Part shown: piece by piece, positions 27,801 to 62,132 of the stretch | How positions within the stretch are numbered: position 1 is the first letter of the stretch | Layout of the letters: each line of letters starts with the position of its first letter | From: Hormiphora californensis | Lineage: Eukaryota > Animalia > Ctenophora | Length of the DNA stretch: 64,000 bases | Direction: 5' to 3' | NCBI GenBank assembly: GCA_020137815.1 | Contig: CM035354.1 | Coordinates: forward strand, 744,001-808,000 | Made by a program: the position numbers and the translations under genes | Notes under the pieces: model-generated | What the model was told of the DNA's origin: nothing | Database searches by the model: none | What the model saw: only the letters and a program-made list of their open reading frames with translations

Positions 27801-30800
27801 AGCTATAACACATAGTAACACTAGTACACTATTTGTTCACTAACTCGACCCTCCTTACTCTAGATCTTCTACATCATCACCTGGTGAAGGAGCACGGTGT
27901 GAGCAATGGAACCTCCTCCCGTGCACCATGTACCTGTGCCATCCACCAAATATTTACTGGCCGTATGCAGTCTGACCTGACTTGCCACACCTGTAGACAC
28001 ACCAGTGAAACTGTGGACCCATTTTGGGATGTCTCAGTTGATCTTGTCTCGGTATGTTTAGCTTGATCTACCACGCGATGTTTTGCCTCCTATATCGAAC
28101 ATTTTATAATTGTGTATCTTCCTGGTTTTCTAAACATTTTTCAGTCTGATGGAGCAGATAAAGCGTCTGACAGTGCCAGTGTTTGTAGCAGCCTCAGTGC
28201 CGAAAGTGATCCCAGTGAGGAAGATTCTGGGTCAGTAACTCTTGAGGAGTGTCTGGACAGGTTTACTAGACCGGAGAGACTGGGCGCTGAGGCGAAAATC
28301 AGGTAACTAGCTACTGGCTGCGAGTAGTGCGTATTAACTACTGACTAGGAGACGATCAAGTGTGTCTATTACTGCAGTAGCTGTTATACGAGTCCTGTAG
28401 TACTGTTATAGTACTGCAGTAGTACTGTATTAACTGTAGCTGGTATACGAGTCTGAGACCTGAGTGAGTAATAATTCATGTGATTTTGCAGGTGTAGTAA
28501 CTGTGGTATTCCACAAGAAGGGACAAAGAGACTATCATTGAAACGTGTGCCCATAGTTGTTTGCATTCACGTCAAGAGATTTCGACACAGCAAGAAAACA
28601 AGAAAGCTTAGTAACCCCTTAGAGTTTCCTTTTGAGTTGGATCTTAGTCCTTATTTGACTAGCTCCATACGTAACCCAAAACAGGTAATTATGTCCACAC
28701 TCCTTACATTTTGTCCACACTCCTCACATTTTGTCCACACTCCTCACACTGTGTCCACACTCCTCACATTGTGTCCACACTCCTCACATTGTGTCCACAC
28801 TCCTCACATTGTGTCCACACTCCTCACATTCTGTCCACACTCCTCACATTTTGTCCACACTCCTCACACTGTGTCCACACTCCTCACATTGTGTTCACAC
28901 TCCTCACATTTTGTCCACACTCCTCACATTTTGTCCACACTCCTCACATGGGTTCTAAATAGATTTAAGTAACTAGAATTTTAGTAGGGGAAATAGAATC
29001 ATTTGTAAATGTATAATCCCATACCATCGCCTTGTTTCAGCCCAAGAGACTCGAAAAAAAAGCGGGAGTACGTTGGACTGAGAGGCAACCCAATCTGGGA
29101 GTACCTGCTTCATGAGCTGTGTCCTACAAAGTCTGTTACATACCCCTGTACTGAGGGAATTCTTTTTGTCCGGTATGTGATGCCAGGTTGCTGGGTGACG
29201 GGGGGGGGGGGGGTCACGGGCTTATTAGTAAACAAGGGGTGGGGGTAGGCACATGAAAAGTAACATGATTAGTAACACAATAATTAACACAATTACATAG
29301 TAATATTTTATATGTTCTATCATTTCAGAGCAACACCACTGTTCACCCGAAGAAAGAAAGAACTGCCTTGCTTGTGAGATGGTATGGCTGTTTCAAGTAA
29401 GTTTAAGTCTCCCCATACAGGGTGGTCCATTTAATATCCTTGTGTAGCTCACACTGCGCTCTATGAAGGTTCGGCAAATCAATGGTATCCAAACAAGTCA
29501 GGAGATCAGGGAAAAAGATATCACAAAATACCACATCTCTCTCCCCCCTCCTACAAAATGTTACATTTCCCCCCTCCTACAAAATGTTACATCTCTCCCC
29601 CTCCCACAAAATGTTACATCTCTCCCCTCATACAAAATGTTACATCTCTCCCCCTCCTAGAAAATGTTACATCTCTCCCCCTCCTAGAAAATGTTACATC
29701 TCTCCCCTCCTACAAAATGTTACATCTCTCTCCCCCTCCTATAAAATGTTACATCTCCCCCCCCCCCCAATTGTTACATCTCTCCTCCTTCTAGGAGATG
29801 TTATCTGGGAAAAAGAACCCCATATCTCCCCACAAAATGTTGCATCTTGTATGGACGCAGGCTCGAGCACTGGCCGGATACGACCAACAAGACGCACACG
29901 AGTTCTTCATCAACTACCTTGGTAAGTACACTCAGAATATTATATGGGACACCCTGTATATAACTGATGGGTTCAATTTATATGTAAGGGAACTGGCCGC
30001 TAGTGTGTGTTCCTATAAAACTGTGTATTCACTAGATCTCCTACACCACTCTGTATTTGTTTGTACTAACGTCTAAAACTAACACTAACACTCTCTAGAT
30101 CTCATATAAGCTATAACACATAGTAACACTAGTACACTATTTGTTCACTAACTCGGCCCTCCTTATTCTAGATCTTCTGCATCATCACCTGGTGAAGGAG
30201 CACGGTGTCAGCAATGGAACCTCCTCCCGTGCACCATGTACCTGTGCCATCCACCAAATATTTACTGGCCGTATGCAGTCTGACCTGACTTGCCACACCT
30301 GTAGACACACTAGTGAAACTGTGGACCCATTTTGGGATGTATCAGTTGATCTTGTTTCGGTATGTTAAGCTTGATCTACCACGCGATGGTTTTCCTCCTA
30401 TATCATACAATTTGTAATTAAATTGGTTTTCTAAACATTTCATCACATTTTTCAGTCTGATGGAGCAGATAAAGCGTCTGACAGTGCCAGTGTATGTAGC
30501 AGCCTCAGTGCCGAAAGTGATCCCAGTGAGGAAGATTCTGGGTCAGTAACTCTTGAGGAGTGTCTAGACAGATTTACTAGACCGGAGAGACTGGGCGCTG
30601 AGGCGAAAATCAGGTAACTACCCTCCCAGGGTAACTAGCTACTGGCTGGGAGTAGTGCGTATTAACTACTGACTGGGAGACGCGACGGTCAAGTGTTTCT
30701 ATATAATAGCTGTTATATAATGAGCCTGAGAGTGAGTAATAATTCATGTGATTTTGCAGGTGCAGTAACTGTGGTATTCCACAAGAGGGGACAAAGAGGC

Positions 30801-31928
30801 TATCATTGAAACGTGTGCCCATAGTTGTTTGCATTCACGTCAAGAGATTTCGACACAGCAAGAAAACAAGGAAGCTTAGTAACCCCTTAGAGTTTCCCTT
30901 TGAGTTGGATCTTAGTCCTTATTTGACTAGCTCCATACGTAACCCAAAACAGGTAATAATGTCCACACTCCTCACATTTTGTCCACACTCCTCACATTCT
31001 GTCCACACTCCTCACATTGTTTTCACACTCCTCACATTCTGTCCACACTCCTCACATTCTGTCCACACTCCTCACATTGTTTTCACACTCCTCACATTCT
31101 GTCCACACTCCTCACATTCTGTCCACACTCCTCACATTGTGTCCACACTCCTCACATTTTGTCCACACTCCTCACATTGTGTCCACACTCCTCACATTCT
31201 GTCCACACTCCTCACATTCTGTCCACACTCCTCACATTGTGTCCACACTCCTCACATTCTGTCCACACTCCTCACATTGTGTCCACACTCCTCACATTTT
31301 GTCCACACTCCTCACATTGTGTCCACACTCCTCACATTCTGTCCACACTCCTCACATTCTGTCCACACTCCTCACATTGTGTCCACACTCCTCACATTCT
31401 GTCCACACTCCTCACATTGTGTCCACACTCCTCACATTTTGTCCACACTCCTCACATTGTGTCCACACTCCTCACATTCTGTCCACACTCCTCACATTCT
31501 GTCCACACTCCTCACATTGTGTCAACACTCCTCACACTATGTCCACACTCCTCACATTGTGTCCACACTGTCCACACTCCTCACATTCCCCAGATAACCG
31601 AGGAGGTCGGATTGTACCGTCTGTTCGCGGTTGTGAACCACATGGGCACCTATGATTCCGGCCACTACATCAACTACATTCTACATGCAGGGGAACAGTG
31701 GTTCAGATGTGATGATACCTACTTGACGAGGTAAAAAGGGATTCATTTAGATTGATCTTTCTTTAAATTCATCAGCTTCTTAACTTCTACACTTTCTATT
31801 CCTAACTTCTACCCTTTCTATTCCTGACTATACTAAACTATTACCCTTCCAGTGTACCTAAAGAGACGGTGAAGAACAGTGAAGCATACATGCTATTTTA
31901 TCAAAAGAAAGTCATTGAGTACCTATAG
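24825..31928 (+). CDS. USP22: USP22/Nonstop/Ubp8-like deubiquitinase (zf-UBP + USP domain), 11 exons plus a second copy of exons 4-9
   Basis: zf-UBP Cys/His exons 25107-25262 and 25423-25573; [19 protein letters not shown] Cys box; [12 protein letters not shown]; CAIHQIFTG; HVKRFRH; [13 protein letters not shown] His box; EAYMLFYQK. Confidence 0.93.
26276..27498. repeat. 27-bp minisatellite (~45 copies) in a USP22 intron; shorter array at ~29520-29793
   Basis: Unit aaaatgttacatctctccccctccta(g/c). Confidence 0.97.
28950..30954 (+). other. Second copy of USP22 exons 4-9 with a damaged Cys-box exon
   Basis: Near-identical to ~25690-28690; indels cluster in the first ~150 bp. Confidence 0.9.
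30959..31590. repeat. 20-bp minisatellite filling almost the whole intron; shorter array at 28691-28949
   Basis: Unit tgtccacactcctcacatt(c/g/t), ~31 copies between donor 30955 and acceptor 31593. Confidence 0.97.
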
Positions 31929-32329
31929 TGACCTCCTCTAGAGGCGACCTTGTGAAAATGAGAGAAAGAACGAAAGAGAAAAAGAGACAGAGATAGATTT
32001 CAGAGATGAATACAAGATTTATTCGTTGGATAAACTGATGAGTGGCAATGTTTTGTTAATGTTATAACTGGGAAATAATGTAATGATCGGGAGAGTGATC
32101 AATAATGACTTCCAAAATATAAATGTAGCCGTGGTTACTGAGATTTCATTGTCCTCATTATTGATCACTCTAATATGATAAAACTATTTGTACCGAAAAT
32201 AATTTCAAATTGGGTGTTGTGTGTGTGTGTTATTGTATGTATATTGATATAGCTCAGATTCCCACTATACTACCGTGTGTGCCCGGGTTTATTATATTTT
32301 CCGTGTATATCCAGAGTGTGCCACATTAA

Positions 32330-32794
32330 AGTGAGAGTGGACCGGGTCAGAATTGGACAAGTTTGTTGTAGGTAGTAGAGAATAGGTCTCTGAGCTTTTT
32401 GCCGCTCAAAATCGACCCACCCATCACTGAGATATTTTTGTTATGTTGGGAGAATTCCTGCTGGATCAGTATTTACCAAACAGGATAGAAACAATCATTG
32501 TGTTTTACTAACACATTCTTAAAATTTTTAATATGCTAGCTTGCATTGCCCTGCTTCTGTGCATGGACATGTCAACCTCACTGCTTATATTCAGAATGTG
32601 TTAGTACATAAAACACGACGATTGTTTCTATTATGTTTTATACATACTGATTAAACAGGAGTTCTCCCAACATAACAAAAATATCTCAGTGATGGGTGGG
32701 TCGATTTTGAGCGGCAAAAACGCAAAATGCTCAGAAAGCTAATCTCTACTACCTACAACAAACTTGTCCAATTCTGATTCGGTCCACTCTCACA
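32330..32794. mobile_element. Fold-back MITE, probably Kolobok-type
   Basis: TTAA|AGTGAGAGTGGACCG...CGGTCCACTCTCAC(a)|TTGA with ~200-bp imperfect arms. Confidence 0.7.
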
Positions 32795-32802
32795 TTGATA
32801 TA

Positions 32803-34368
32803 CAGTCGGACCCCGATTTAACGGCAGCCTCGGGGGAAAGGGTTTTGTCCGTTAAATCGGGGTGTCCGCTAAATCGGGGTCAAATACTGTTGATTTTCTA
32901 TATCGGGGGAAAATTAGGCTGCCGTTAAATCGGGGTGCCGCTAAATCAGGGGCCGTTAAGGGTACGCTAACCAAAATTTTTTTTCGAGTGCAGGGAAATC
33001 TCTCACCGTAGGGTTGTAGGCCATGCCAAGGAGACCTCAAATATGCAATTTGAGCTCTCAAGTCGGATTCATATTTTTGCTACAGCTGCTTGAAAAATGA
33101 ACTGAAAATAAGGTTTTGGCATCTCAAAAATTTTTTTTCAAAGATAGGAGCATGAAAATTTGGGGATTTGAAGAGGACATGAAGGTGAATAACCACAAAA
33201 AAATTTTTTGCAATCCGAGCTGATTTCCGGTCCTGAGATGGATTTCTTTTTTTCCACTTTAACGCCCTATTTGGCAAAGTTCCGAAAACATGTGAAAGCT
33301 GTAAATTAGTGAAAAGTTGCGTCTAACGATTATCTAAGTGGCCATAAATTTTGGGCGTGTCCTTATTTGAGATAAGCTGTACAGAATTTTTTTTGTGAAA
33401 GCCGTCATTTCAGAAATAAATAAATTCCCTGTATCTCAAAAACGGCTGATCGTAGAGACCTGAGACTATGCTTAAACGATTCAGAAGGTCCGATTTTGGG
33501 GGGGTCCTCTGAGAGACATTTTGCTCCTACTTCAACCGTTTTTGCTGTAATTGCGAAAAACAAATTCTATGAAAAGGGCAAAAGCTAAACTCCAATATCC
33601 TGTAATTAGGGAATTTTAGCTAAGAAAGGACCGAAACTATGGAAAAATGTCTAACAAGCTAATTCCTTCACTATTTGGTCCATATGGGTCCCTATAATCA
33701 TCAAAAACAAAATCACAAAAAATCCACCATGGCGAAGATGGGTTATTGTTTTTCGCAATTACAGCAAAAACGGTTGAAGTAGGAGCAAAATGTCTCTCAG
33801 AAGACCCCCCCAAAATCGGACCTTCTGAATCGTTTAAGCATAGTCTCAGGTCTCTACGATCAGCCGTTTTTGAGATACAGGGAATTTATTTATTTCTGAA
33901 ATGACGGCTTTCACAAAAAAAACTCCGTACAGCTTATCTCAAATAAGGACACGCCCAAAATTTATGGCCACTTAGATAATCGTTAGACGCAACTTTTCAC
34001 CAATTTACAGCTTTCACATGTTTTCGGAACTTTGCCAAATAGGGCGTTAAAGTGGAAAAAAAGAAATCCATCTCAGGACCGGAAATCAGCTCGGATTGCA
34101 AAAAAATTTTTTGTGGTTATTCACCTTCATGTCCTCTTCAAATCCCCAAATTTTCATGCTCCTATCTTTGAAAAAAAAATTTTGAGATGCCAAAAACGTA
34201 TTTTCAGGACATTTTTTAAACAGCTGTAGCAAAAATATGAATTCGACTTAAGGGCTAAAATTGCATATTTGAGGTCTCCTTGGTATGGCCTACAACCCTA
34301 CGGTGAGAGATTTCCCTGCACTCGAAAAAAATTTTTGGTTAGCGTACCCTTAAATCGGGGTCCGACTG
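32803..34368. mobile_element. CAGTCGGACCCCG-family Tc1/mariner-type MITE, host of a nested insertion
   Basis: TA|CAGTCGGACCCCGATTTAACGG...CCGTTAA[insert]ATCGGGGTCCGACTG|TA. Confidence 0.88.
32960..34349. mobile_element. Kolobok-type fold-back element (~600-bp arms) nested in the MITE
   Basis: TTAA|GGGTACGCTAACC...GGTTAGCGTACCC|TTAA; shares internal blocks with 23508-24810. Confidence 0.88.
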
Positions 34369-34898
34369 TATTGTATGATCACCGGGGGCGAGTGTCGTGC
34401 AGCTGAGTTCTGCAGAGAGATGTACGCTGCTTTATATATGTTTGTGTGTAATGTGTGATGCCCAGCAGTAGCGCCGTGGAAAGTGTGTGTTGAAATAATA
34501 AAGAGACAAATATTTTTATATTGAGTTGTTCACAGATCATGCTGCTGAAACTGGGAACTAGTTGTTTTTTTCTGTTCTGTCTCTCATCAAACCACCATCC
34601 CCCGCTTACTTACCAGCCCCTCCCTAATAACCACTAACCAGCCCCTCTACCCTTAGTAACCAGCCCCCTATAGTTAGAATACTAACCAGCCCCTCAAGCT
34701 CCCCCGCCCCCTAAATGACAACTAACCAGCCCCTCTTAATAACCACTAACCAGCCCTGTTCCTTGTGTAATAGCGGTCACCTCGACAGAACCGGCCAATA
34801 GTTAATGTCTGGAAACCTAACCACCCCTCCCCCAGTCCCCCTACTAACCAGCCCGTCCAATTGTTAGCGGTCACCTCGACAGAACCGGCCAATAGTTA

Positions 34899-36040
34899 AT
34901 GTCTGGAAAAGTTCTCAAACCTACGCTAAGTGGTACACGCAACAAGACACGCAAACGAGGTTTGTTCTTTGTTTGTTTGTTTGTTTGTTTGTTTGTTTGT
35001 TTGTTTGTTTGTTTGTTTGTTTGTTTGTTTGTTTGTTTGTTTGTTCTTTTGTTTGATACTTTGTCTATTTGAATCTGTGTTTGTTTGTCTGTAGTCTCTA
35101 ATCTGTTTGTTTAAATAAACAATTGTATAGATAGAAGAAGCCAGAAAAAGAAATGAATAATTAATAAGATGGCAGTGAAAAATGAGAACGGTGTAATTTC
35201 ATATCAAAATTCATCCATCATTACTGAGTTCTTCACACCCCCTCCTTGTTCTACCCTCTAGACTAAAGGAGAACATAACATACCCCTCCTCCCATCCAGT
35301 ACCAACATATCTCGTGTTTATCTTGTCTAATAAAAACCCCCTCCTCCCATCCAGACGAGAAGGAAAAGTGGGAACCCCAAGTTTTTCGTGACGCTATTAT
35401 CGCTGGCCTTGAAGATGTAGGATCCGATCACGAGCAACTGTGCAAGTACCTCTGCGAGACCGCAGTCGTCAAGTTTGACGTGAAACGGTATGTTCTCTCT
35501 TTAGTTAAAATACCGATCTTACCTGCTCTCCCATATGTTTAAGTAATGATCTTACTTGCTCTCTCTTTAGTTGAAGTAACGATCTTACCTGCTCTCTCTT
35601 TCTGCTCTCCTTTTAGTAACTATCTTACTAGCCCTAACATGTTCAGGTACGGTGAGGTATTTCTGGATGTTTTGTTTGTTGGAGGTATTGTAGCGGCTGG
35701 TGGTGCAATTGAAGGAGGTGTTAGAACCGACGTAAGCAACGAACACATCATAAACTTAGTGATGAATGATTAATGATACAGTGGCGGGCCAATACTTTAC
35801 AGATCCTTATAATCAGATTATCTTATCAGTCTGATAGTATCAATTAATGCAAATGCTACCCCCTAATTATATCCCAACATACCCCCCCCCCCTTTTTTAG
35901 ATTTGTCTGGCGAAACAGGAAAAGAGCGATGTGAAGAGTTTTACAAACATCCTTATAAGGTTTATCAGACGATACAAATGGCTTCAGAAGGCACTCGGAG
36001 AAGAAATTCGCAAGGTAACAAAAATATACTCTCCCTGTCA

Positions 36041-36129
<89 letters not shown>

Positions 36130-37586
36130 CTTTAAATCTATCCCTCTCACTATCTTTATCCCCCCCCCCCAATTTCTCAGATTATGATGGTGATGAGGGT
36201 TTGCCTGAATGATGAAGAAAGGGAGCTATTGGGCTCAGCAACTGCCCATCTTCTAATTGAGGGGATTATTCCCCCTACCCTCCTATCTGCCCTGACCCAG
36301 GACCATCTCGTTAAAGACGGTAAGTAGTGAGGTAACGCGTGACGTCACTTCACAATTGTGACGTAATAAGTGACGTCATTTCACATTTGTGATGTTACTA
36401 GTGACGTCACTAGTACAGTGACATTGCAAGTAACGGTAAACAGCATTAGTGATCTGGCACTCACTGTCCACACCGTTATACTATAAACAGGAAATATAAT
36501 ACAGAGATGAACTGACACTTCCAAACTGTAATTATGGAACTGTTTCAGATGTCAGTGCCAGTTTTGCAACTAGTCTGTTTCGGACTTGGCTAGAAGAGAG
36601 GGACATGGCTTCTCTCACATCAACCCTAAAGAAGGCCTCCCTAGACCCCACACTACAGGTAGATAGAAAGATAGAAAGATAGAAAGATAAAAGATAGAAA
36701 GATAGAAAGATAGAAAGATGGAAAGATAGAAAGATAGAAAGATAGAAAGATAGAAAGATAGAAAGATAGAAAGATAGAAAGATAGAAAGATAATAGTAAT
36801 TTCAACAGGACATCTACCCCGCCCACAAGAGGAGCCTGGATCAAATTGAGAGCTATTTCCAAGAGAAAGGGATGAATGAGCTAGTCGACCACGTGGTATG
36901 TGCCCCCCCCCCCATGCTTTATAGATCATACATTATATAATCACCTGTTGTTGTTCCCCTTACTTAAACAGTGTCTCTATTCCCCCAGAAAGCGCAGAGG
37001 AAAAATGCTAACAGAAAGAACTTCATATCTCGCATCAAGCGGTATATTAATGAAGAAGAGTGCAACATGACAGAGGTATATCTATAAATGTACACACAGA
37101 CACACTAAAATATCAATTTTTAACTGCTCCGGCTTGCATTTCGGTCACATGTTACCCGCGTCCGCGCTTGATTCTTCTCGCCTCACGACTTTGCACCAAA
37201 GAAAGTTGAGGCGCGCGTGTGCCTTTCCAATGGAGAGGGACGGTCCTGCACTGCTGCGCGTTACACCGGGTTCTGTTTATATTTTCGGCATATGACATCA
37301 CTCATACAATGCATACACTGGTGGTATAAAATAGTGGTGCCTAAATAGTAAATACATTTTCAGATGAGCGAATTCTTCAAAGATGCTGTCGAGCAGGGGA
37401 AGGTTACAGAGCCATATGCTCTCCAGATAGTGTTCTCTGCTATCGCCAACTCGGGAGAGTGGGCTGGTCAAGAAACCATATCTGATGGGTTCTATCGGGA
37501 ACTCAAGGTATATCATTCAGTTCTATATTGTCTCTCTCTCTTTCTCTCTCTTTCTCTCTCTCTGTCTCTCACTCACTCTCTCTCTC

Positions 37587-37676
<90 letters not shown>

Positions 37677-38416
37677 TCTCTTTCTCTCACTCCCTCCCTA
37701 ATCCCTATCATAGACAAGGAAAACACGAAATATGTTAGTACTGGGAAATACCAATATCAAACTAAACCTTTCTCTCTCAGCAATACATCCCCCTGTTCAC
37801 GGCCATTGTCAAGACCCCCAAGATGCAAGGGGAGTTGATTAACAAAATCCAGGAGTTTTGCTACGACAACATTAACTTCCTGGCCACCTTCAACAAAATT
37901 ATTTTCATTCTTTATAATGGTAATATTGCCTTGCTCGACCCTGTCTCAAGGGTTTGGATAAAACAAATACATTTTTGTTGCTCACATTATTCAAGTTATA
38001 TTCGACTTAAAACAATTAGCTTGGTCAATTTACTGATACATACGTCTCCTGTAGAATACAATTGAAACCGGCTAACACCTTTCAGGGAATGTGGTGGAAG
38101 AAGATGCCATAATAAAGTGGTACTATACCACCCACAGCCAGAAGGGTAAAAGGGAGTTCCTCTCTCGGATGGAGAAGATGGTGACCTGGTTGGAGAACGC
38201 TGAAGAAGGTAAGTGTACATAATGTACAATGTACTGCAGTACATTGAACCCCCCCCCCCCCCCCCCCGCGGCCGCCCCTCCACGCTTAGAAACTCTAATT
38301 CTGGTGACAGCTGAAAATTCCTGATTTTTGACAATCCGCCTTGACCCTTGCATGATATCTAATTATTTCCGTTCACAGAAGAATCTGACGAGGAAGAAGG
38401 TGACGATGAGGAGTAA
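34899..38416 (+). CDS. BZW: eIF5-mimic protein (BZW/5MP), ~12 exons
   Basis: KPTLSGTRNKTRKRDEKEK, RYGEVFLDVLFVGG, FIRRYKWLQK, LINKIQEFCYDNINFL, KMVTWLENAEEES W2-domain tail. Confidence 0.93.
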
Positions 38417-39219
38417 TGTTGTTGTACGGTTTTAGTTACCGTGGTGATTGTTACCATGGTTACCACGAAAGGAGGTGACGCATTCTATAGCTGTTATGGA
38501 GATATGGATGGTTTTTCTGGGTTTATTTATTTTCAAATGGACATTTTCAGCGTGTCAAGTAGTGTTTGGGATTTTAGCTGTTTGTGTTAAAGAGATGCCT
38601 GTTTGCAGTTTGGAATCTGTAATTTTCTTCTTACCAATACGGCAGCTATATCATTGAGTTTCAACCCGCGTCCAATAACTATCAGTCGACCACTCTTTGT
38701 GGTTGGCTTCGAGAAGGTTGAGAAAGGCGCGAAAAATTATTGACTGCGGGGCGTCTTGTTGCCGCGCAATTTGGACAAAATTAACCACGCGCGCACCCCG
38801 AAGTGAATTGAGTTTCGTGATTTCCAAACTTTCAAAATTCTCTCAAAAAGAGAAAACGCCAGAATTTACAATTGACAGTTCGCTGGCCCGGACACTCCTT
38901 CTGATGGCTTTACACCCTTCAGGGCTGAAACCCCCACTGTGAGACTCTCACAGAGTTTAAAGCCCTCCCTAAACTATCGCTCTTGACACCGGACTTGTGA
39001 GACAATGCCGGACAGAATGCCCGGCGGTCGGTAGCCACTAGCCAGCCGCTAGCACTTTTTGTTTATGGCGACGTTTGAACTCTAAAGTTGTGGGAACACT
39101 CAGAAATGTTTAAGTACTTCCTTAATCATCTCAGAAACACATTATCTTGGGCTCTGGGATCCGATCCCTCTTGGCGTGTTTTTTGGACGGAAGAATGAAT
39201 CCAGAATATTACATTTTAA

Positions 39220-40458
39220 ATGCTTTGTAGGATGGCTAATTTGACTGATGTTTCCCGTCTCTATCTTGGTACAAAGTTTGAGCTCCTAGAGGCGTCCACA
39301 CAACTCAAAGATATCTCTGTCAGCAATTCGATAAAGTTGATAAACACTCACAGAACCATCAACTGCTACCATTCCTCATTAATCCTGCGGAGTTTAAAAG
39401 ACGGAAAGATTGATAACGGTGATGTCAAAGATTTGACTGAAGCTCTTCATAACATTATGGCTAATGTCATGAACTTACAAAATATGCGGGAGCAATCTCA
39501 GTATTTGAAACTCCTCCTAGGATTGTTACTGGTTTCAAGTTACCAGGACAATGCTATATTGAAGAGCATTGGTGAGTGGTATGGTAGCCGTCCAGATTTT
39601 GTACTTGAAAAGTCATTCCTCAAGATCTTTCGTCACTTCACCCCATTTTCCAGTGTTGACGTTTTTATTTCCTTCCTAGGCCACGCCAAATCACGCTCTT
39701 ATAACACTGTTTTGTTTGGATCTTCGAACTTCCTAACTGAACAAACAGACCAACCAACCCACTACCATCAGTCCCTTGTTCTTGAGATTGTTATTCGTAA
39801 CCTGACTTGCTATCTTGGTGACCCCTCAGAGGAGCTGAATGCACTTCTTAATCAATGCATACCAGGTGCATCTCGTTACCAAGGTTACATACTCTCCATA
39901 ATGACAGGCGATGATTATCAGTTTCTATCCTGCCTCACAGCTGCTGCCCGTCTCTACTCAGCATGTATCTCCCATATATGCTGGACCAATATCAGATATA
40001 ATGTACAAAAATCGTTCTTCGGTGACCTCATGGATTTATGTCAACCAGAAATGTGGCTAAACAGTCTGGCTAAGCATATAAAATACGACCAGAACATAAT
40101 TATAGAATGGCTAATGGACAAACACTCTGGGTGTGAGGAATACTTTCTTGCCGCTTTTCCATTAATAAACGGTAATTTTAACGGTTTGAAAAAGTACTCA
40201 GATAATCTCGATACAATGATGTCCTTTTTAATTCGACTCAGTTTAGCTATCGAGGAGGATCACCCGGAAATTACTGAATTTATATCCTATATTGAGGATG
40301 ATTATGAGGAATATCTTGGTAGGGAGGAGGAGGAAGAAGAGGAGGGGGAAGAAGAGGAGGAAGAGGAGCAAGGATCGGACGATTCGCTTGAGAAACTATC
40401 CGAAACTTTATCAGCATTGGTGGCCTATTCAGATTCAGAATCCGAACCGGAACAATAG
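39220..40458 (+). CDS. LINS1: Protein Lines homolog, intronless
   Basis: 412-aa helical ORF; DDYQFLSCL, IKYDQNIIIEWLMDKHSGCEEYF and MSFLIRLSLAIE resemble Lines N/C domain motifs (FDxSVLLDFLIS.ET.FLEY, LIRLxLAI); acidic tail. Confidence 0.7.
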   Translation: MLCRMANLTDVSRLYLGTKFELLEASTQLKDISVSNSIKLINTHRTINCYHSSLILRSLKDGKIDNGDVKDLTEALHNIMANVMNLQNMREQSQYLKLLLGLLLVSSYQDNAILKSIGEWYGSRPDFVLEKSFLKIFRHFTPFSSVDVFISFLGHAKSRSYNTVLFGSSNFLTEQTDQPTHYHQSLVLEIVIRNLTCYLGDPSEELNALLNQCIPGASRYQGYILSIMTGDDYQFLSCLTAAARLYSACISHICWTNIRYNVQKSFFGDLMDLCQPEMWLNSLAKHIKYDQNIIIEWLMDKHSGCEEYFLAAFPLINGNFNGLKKYSDNLDTMMSFLIRLSLAIEEDHPEITEFISYIEDDYEEYLGREEEEEEEGEEEEEEEQGSDDSLEKLSETLSALVAYSDSESEPEQ

Positions 40459-40682
40459 CACTTGTTAATGCAACGTGATACTCTGATTTCTATCTTTTTA
40501 TAATTGCTTTTTTATGCTATCTCATCCCTTACTGCAGTTCATGAAATCTGAATAATATTACATGAACTGGTATAAGTATTATACTGTTGCCAAGAGTAAT
40601 AATACCTCCCTCTCCCTCTGGTTTTTATCTGCTCACATATTTGTAATTCCTTCACATATTCATTTCCAATTCCTGTAGGGAG

Positions 40683-61955
<21,273 letters not shown>

Positions 61956-62132
61956 CAATAAATAAACTCTTATATATTATCAGTTGGTTTCAGTTGAATA
62001 TTAACAAGTTACAGAGTACGGCACCGCGTTACTATAACTGTCAATGTCATTTTATTGGAGAGAATTATTATCAAACATTATTATGTAATGGTAAGGGCTG
62101 ATTTTAGTTTAGAGTCCCCGCAGAGTCTAATA

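Noticed and set aside
30979-31655. His-rich ORFs in three frames
   Set aside because: Stop-free 20-bp repeat between a GT donor and AG acceptor of USP22.
38640-39062. Possible spliced-leader RNA or other ncRNA gene
   Set aside because: No clear leader-donor-Sm site arrangement or recognisable RNA fold; better read as promoter-like DNA.
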